Positions 62,959 to 64,000 of a stretch of DNA of 64,000 nucleotides are shown one piece after another. Every line of letters begins with the position of its first letter. Position 1 is the stretch's first letter. The position numbers and the translations under genes are program-made. Source of the stretch: Mobula birostris (taxonomy: Eukaryota); NCBI RefSeq assembly GCF_030028105.1, contig NC_092372.1, positions 137,646,058 to 137,710,057 of the forward strand, read 5' to 3'. The notes beneath the pieces were generated by a model, which did not search any database, had not been told where the DNA came from, and saw nothing but the letters and a program-made list of their open reading frames with translations.

Positions 62959-64000
62959 CATAAGACCATAAGATATAGGAGCAGAAGTGGGCCATTCAGC
63001 CCATCAAGTCTGCTCCACCATTCAATCATGGGCTGATCTAATTCTTCCAGTCATCCTTACTTCCCTGCCTTCTCCAATACCCTTTGATGTACTGGCTAAT
63101 CAAGAACCTATCTATCTCTGCCTTAAATACACCCAATGACTTGGCCTCCACAGATTCCAAAGATTTATCACCCTCTGACTAAAGTAATTTCTCAACATCT
63201 CTGTTCTAAATGGACATCCTTCAATTCTGAAGTTGTGCCCTCTTGTCCTGGACTTCCCTACTATGGGAAGTAACTTTGCTTTAGCTAATCTGTTCAGGCG
63301 TTTTAACATTCTGATTGTTTTTATGAGATCCTCCCTTATTGTCCTGAACTCCAGGGTATACAGCCCAAGAGCTGCCAGACGTTCCTCATATGGTAACCCT
63401 TTCATTCCTGGAATCATTTTCGTGAATCTTCTCCGAACCCTCTCCAATGACAGTATATCCTTTCTAAAATAAGGAGCCCAAAATGGCACACAGTTCTCCA
63501 AGTGTGGTCTCACGAATGCCTTATAGAGCCTTAACATCACATCCCTGCTCTTATATACTATACCTCTAGAAATGAATGCCAACATTGCATTTGCCTTCTT
63601 CACCACCGACTCAACATGGAGGTTAACCTTCAGGGTATCCTGCACAAGGACTCCCAAGTCCCTTTGCATCTCTGCATTTTGAATTTTCTCCCCATCTAAA
63701 TAATAGTCTGCCTGTTTATTTCTTCCACCAAAGTGCATGACCATACAATTTCCAACATTGTATTTCACTTGCCACTTCTCTGCCCATTCCCCTAAACTCT
63801 CTAAGTCTCTCTACAGGCTCTCTGTTTCCTCAACACTACCCGCTCCTCCACTTATCTTTGTATCATTGGCAAATTTAGCCAGAAATCCATTAATCCCATA
63901 ATCTAAATCGTTGACATATATCGTAAAAAGCAGGGGTCCCAACACCGACCCCTGTGGAACTCCACTGGTAACAAGCAGCCAGCCAGAATAGGATCCCTTT
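62959..64000 (-). mobile_element. CR1 LINE 3' part, runs off the window
   Basis: 218-aa ORF 63112-63768; same subfamily as 30423-32345. Confidence 0.92.

Overview
Vertebrate genomic DNA, most likely a cartilaginous fish (shark/ray; inferred from the repeat families present, not proven). Only two host coding exons are recognisable, both on the + strand: the last exon of the homeobox gene MEOX2 (21840-22064) and the first coding exon of AGMO (61944-62066). This is the same order and orientation as the MEOX2-AGMO pair in human. Bases 1-21839 are therefore MEOX2 intron, and ~24-61 kb is intergenic. Much of the window is transposon-derived: many CR1 LINEs (one young copy keeps an 854-aa open ORF2), Rex1/Babar-like LINEs, tRNA-headed and V-type SINEs, Tc1 and hAT MITEs, and a near-complete Penelope-like element (PLE). 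The most interesting items are: (i) a family of short, often palindromic PLE-terminal-repeat elements carrying hammerhead-ribozyme motifs, one with a 15-bp target-site duplication (TSD); (ii) an internally deleted chromovirus LTR element that shows a self-priming primer-binding site and hosts nested insertions; (iii) a degenerate retrovirus-like pol with class III/ERV-L-type motifs; (iv) a 125-bp inverted duplication at a CR1 breakpoint; (v) Tc1 derivatives that keep only the DNA-binding domain and end in a TIR hairpin. Most short ORFs in the supplied track are transposon fragments or noise. TE boundaries were read by eye and are approximate unless a TSD is quoted. Nothing here is demonstrably a new biological system; the findings are leads.
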